Positions 63,881 to 64,000 of a DNA stretch of 64,000 bases are shown one piece after another. Source of the DNA: Callorhinchus milii (taxonomy: Eukaryota); NCBI RefSeq assembly GCF_018977255.1, contig NW_024704742.1, forward strand, positions 93,994,001 to 94,058,000, read 5' to 3'. The translations under genes were made by a program, and so were the position numbers. The notes under the pieces are model-generated. The model was not told the origin of the DNA. It ran no database searches and saw nothing but the letters and a program-made list of their open reading frames with translations. The stretch's first letter is position 1; each line of letters opens with the position of its first letter.

Positions 63881-64000
63881 AGGGAAGAGTGCTACCAAAT
63901 GAACAAAGCTGACACCTATATGTAAAATTCCAAACTAAGTAAACATTGTGAATTTCTATTTGACAGACAGACATGAACATCTTGGACATTTTCTCATATT

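Noticed and set aside
57891..64000. miR-23b/27b/24-1 cluster or AOPEP exons expected by human synteny
   Set aside because: By eye I found no match to the mature miRNA sequences and no convincing minus-strand exon; they may lie beyond the window.
1..64000. CRISPR-like or prokaryotic systems
   Set aside because: Repeats are dispersed retroposons with no regular repeat-spacer array; the window is a spliced vertebrate gene.

Overview
This window is vertebrate genomic DNA, most likely from a cartilaginous fish and plausibly a chimaera. That assignment is inferred from the Deu-domain SINE, L2, CR1 and Penelope-like repeat landscape. It carries the 3' three-quarters of FANCC on the + strand: 11 coding exons (7693-57890, matching human exons 5-15) that splice into one open frame of 1410 nt (469 aa plus stop). 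Intron phases match human throughout and five exon lengths are identical (human values recalled from memory). Introns are filled with a young tRNA(Ala)-headed SINE, older Deu-domain SINEs, L2 and CR1 LINE fragments, a hAT-like MITE and two Penelope-like palindromes. Nearly all ORFs in the supplied track are repeat-derived or spurious. The most notable observations are: (1) a 54-nt L2 tail inserted into the acceptor of the last FANCC exon, duplicating the 3' splice site and creating a potential NMD-escaping truncated isoform; (2) an exon-11 acceptor where the human-equivalent boundary is TG, with an AG 6 nt downstream; (3) a candidate in-frame 135-nt cassette exon; (4) two decayed minimal hammerhead ribozymes inside palindromic Penelope-like elements.
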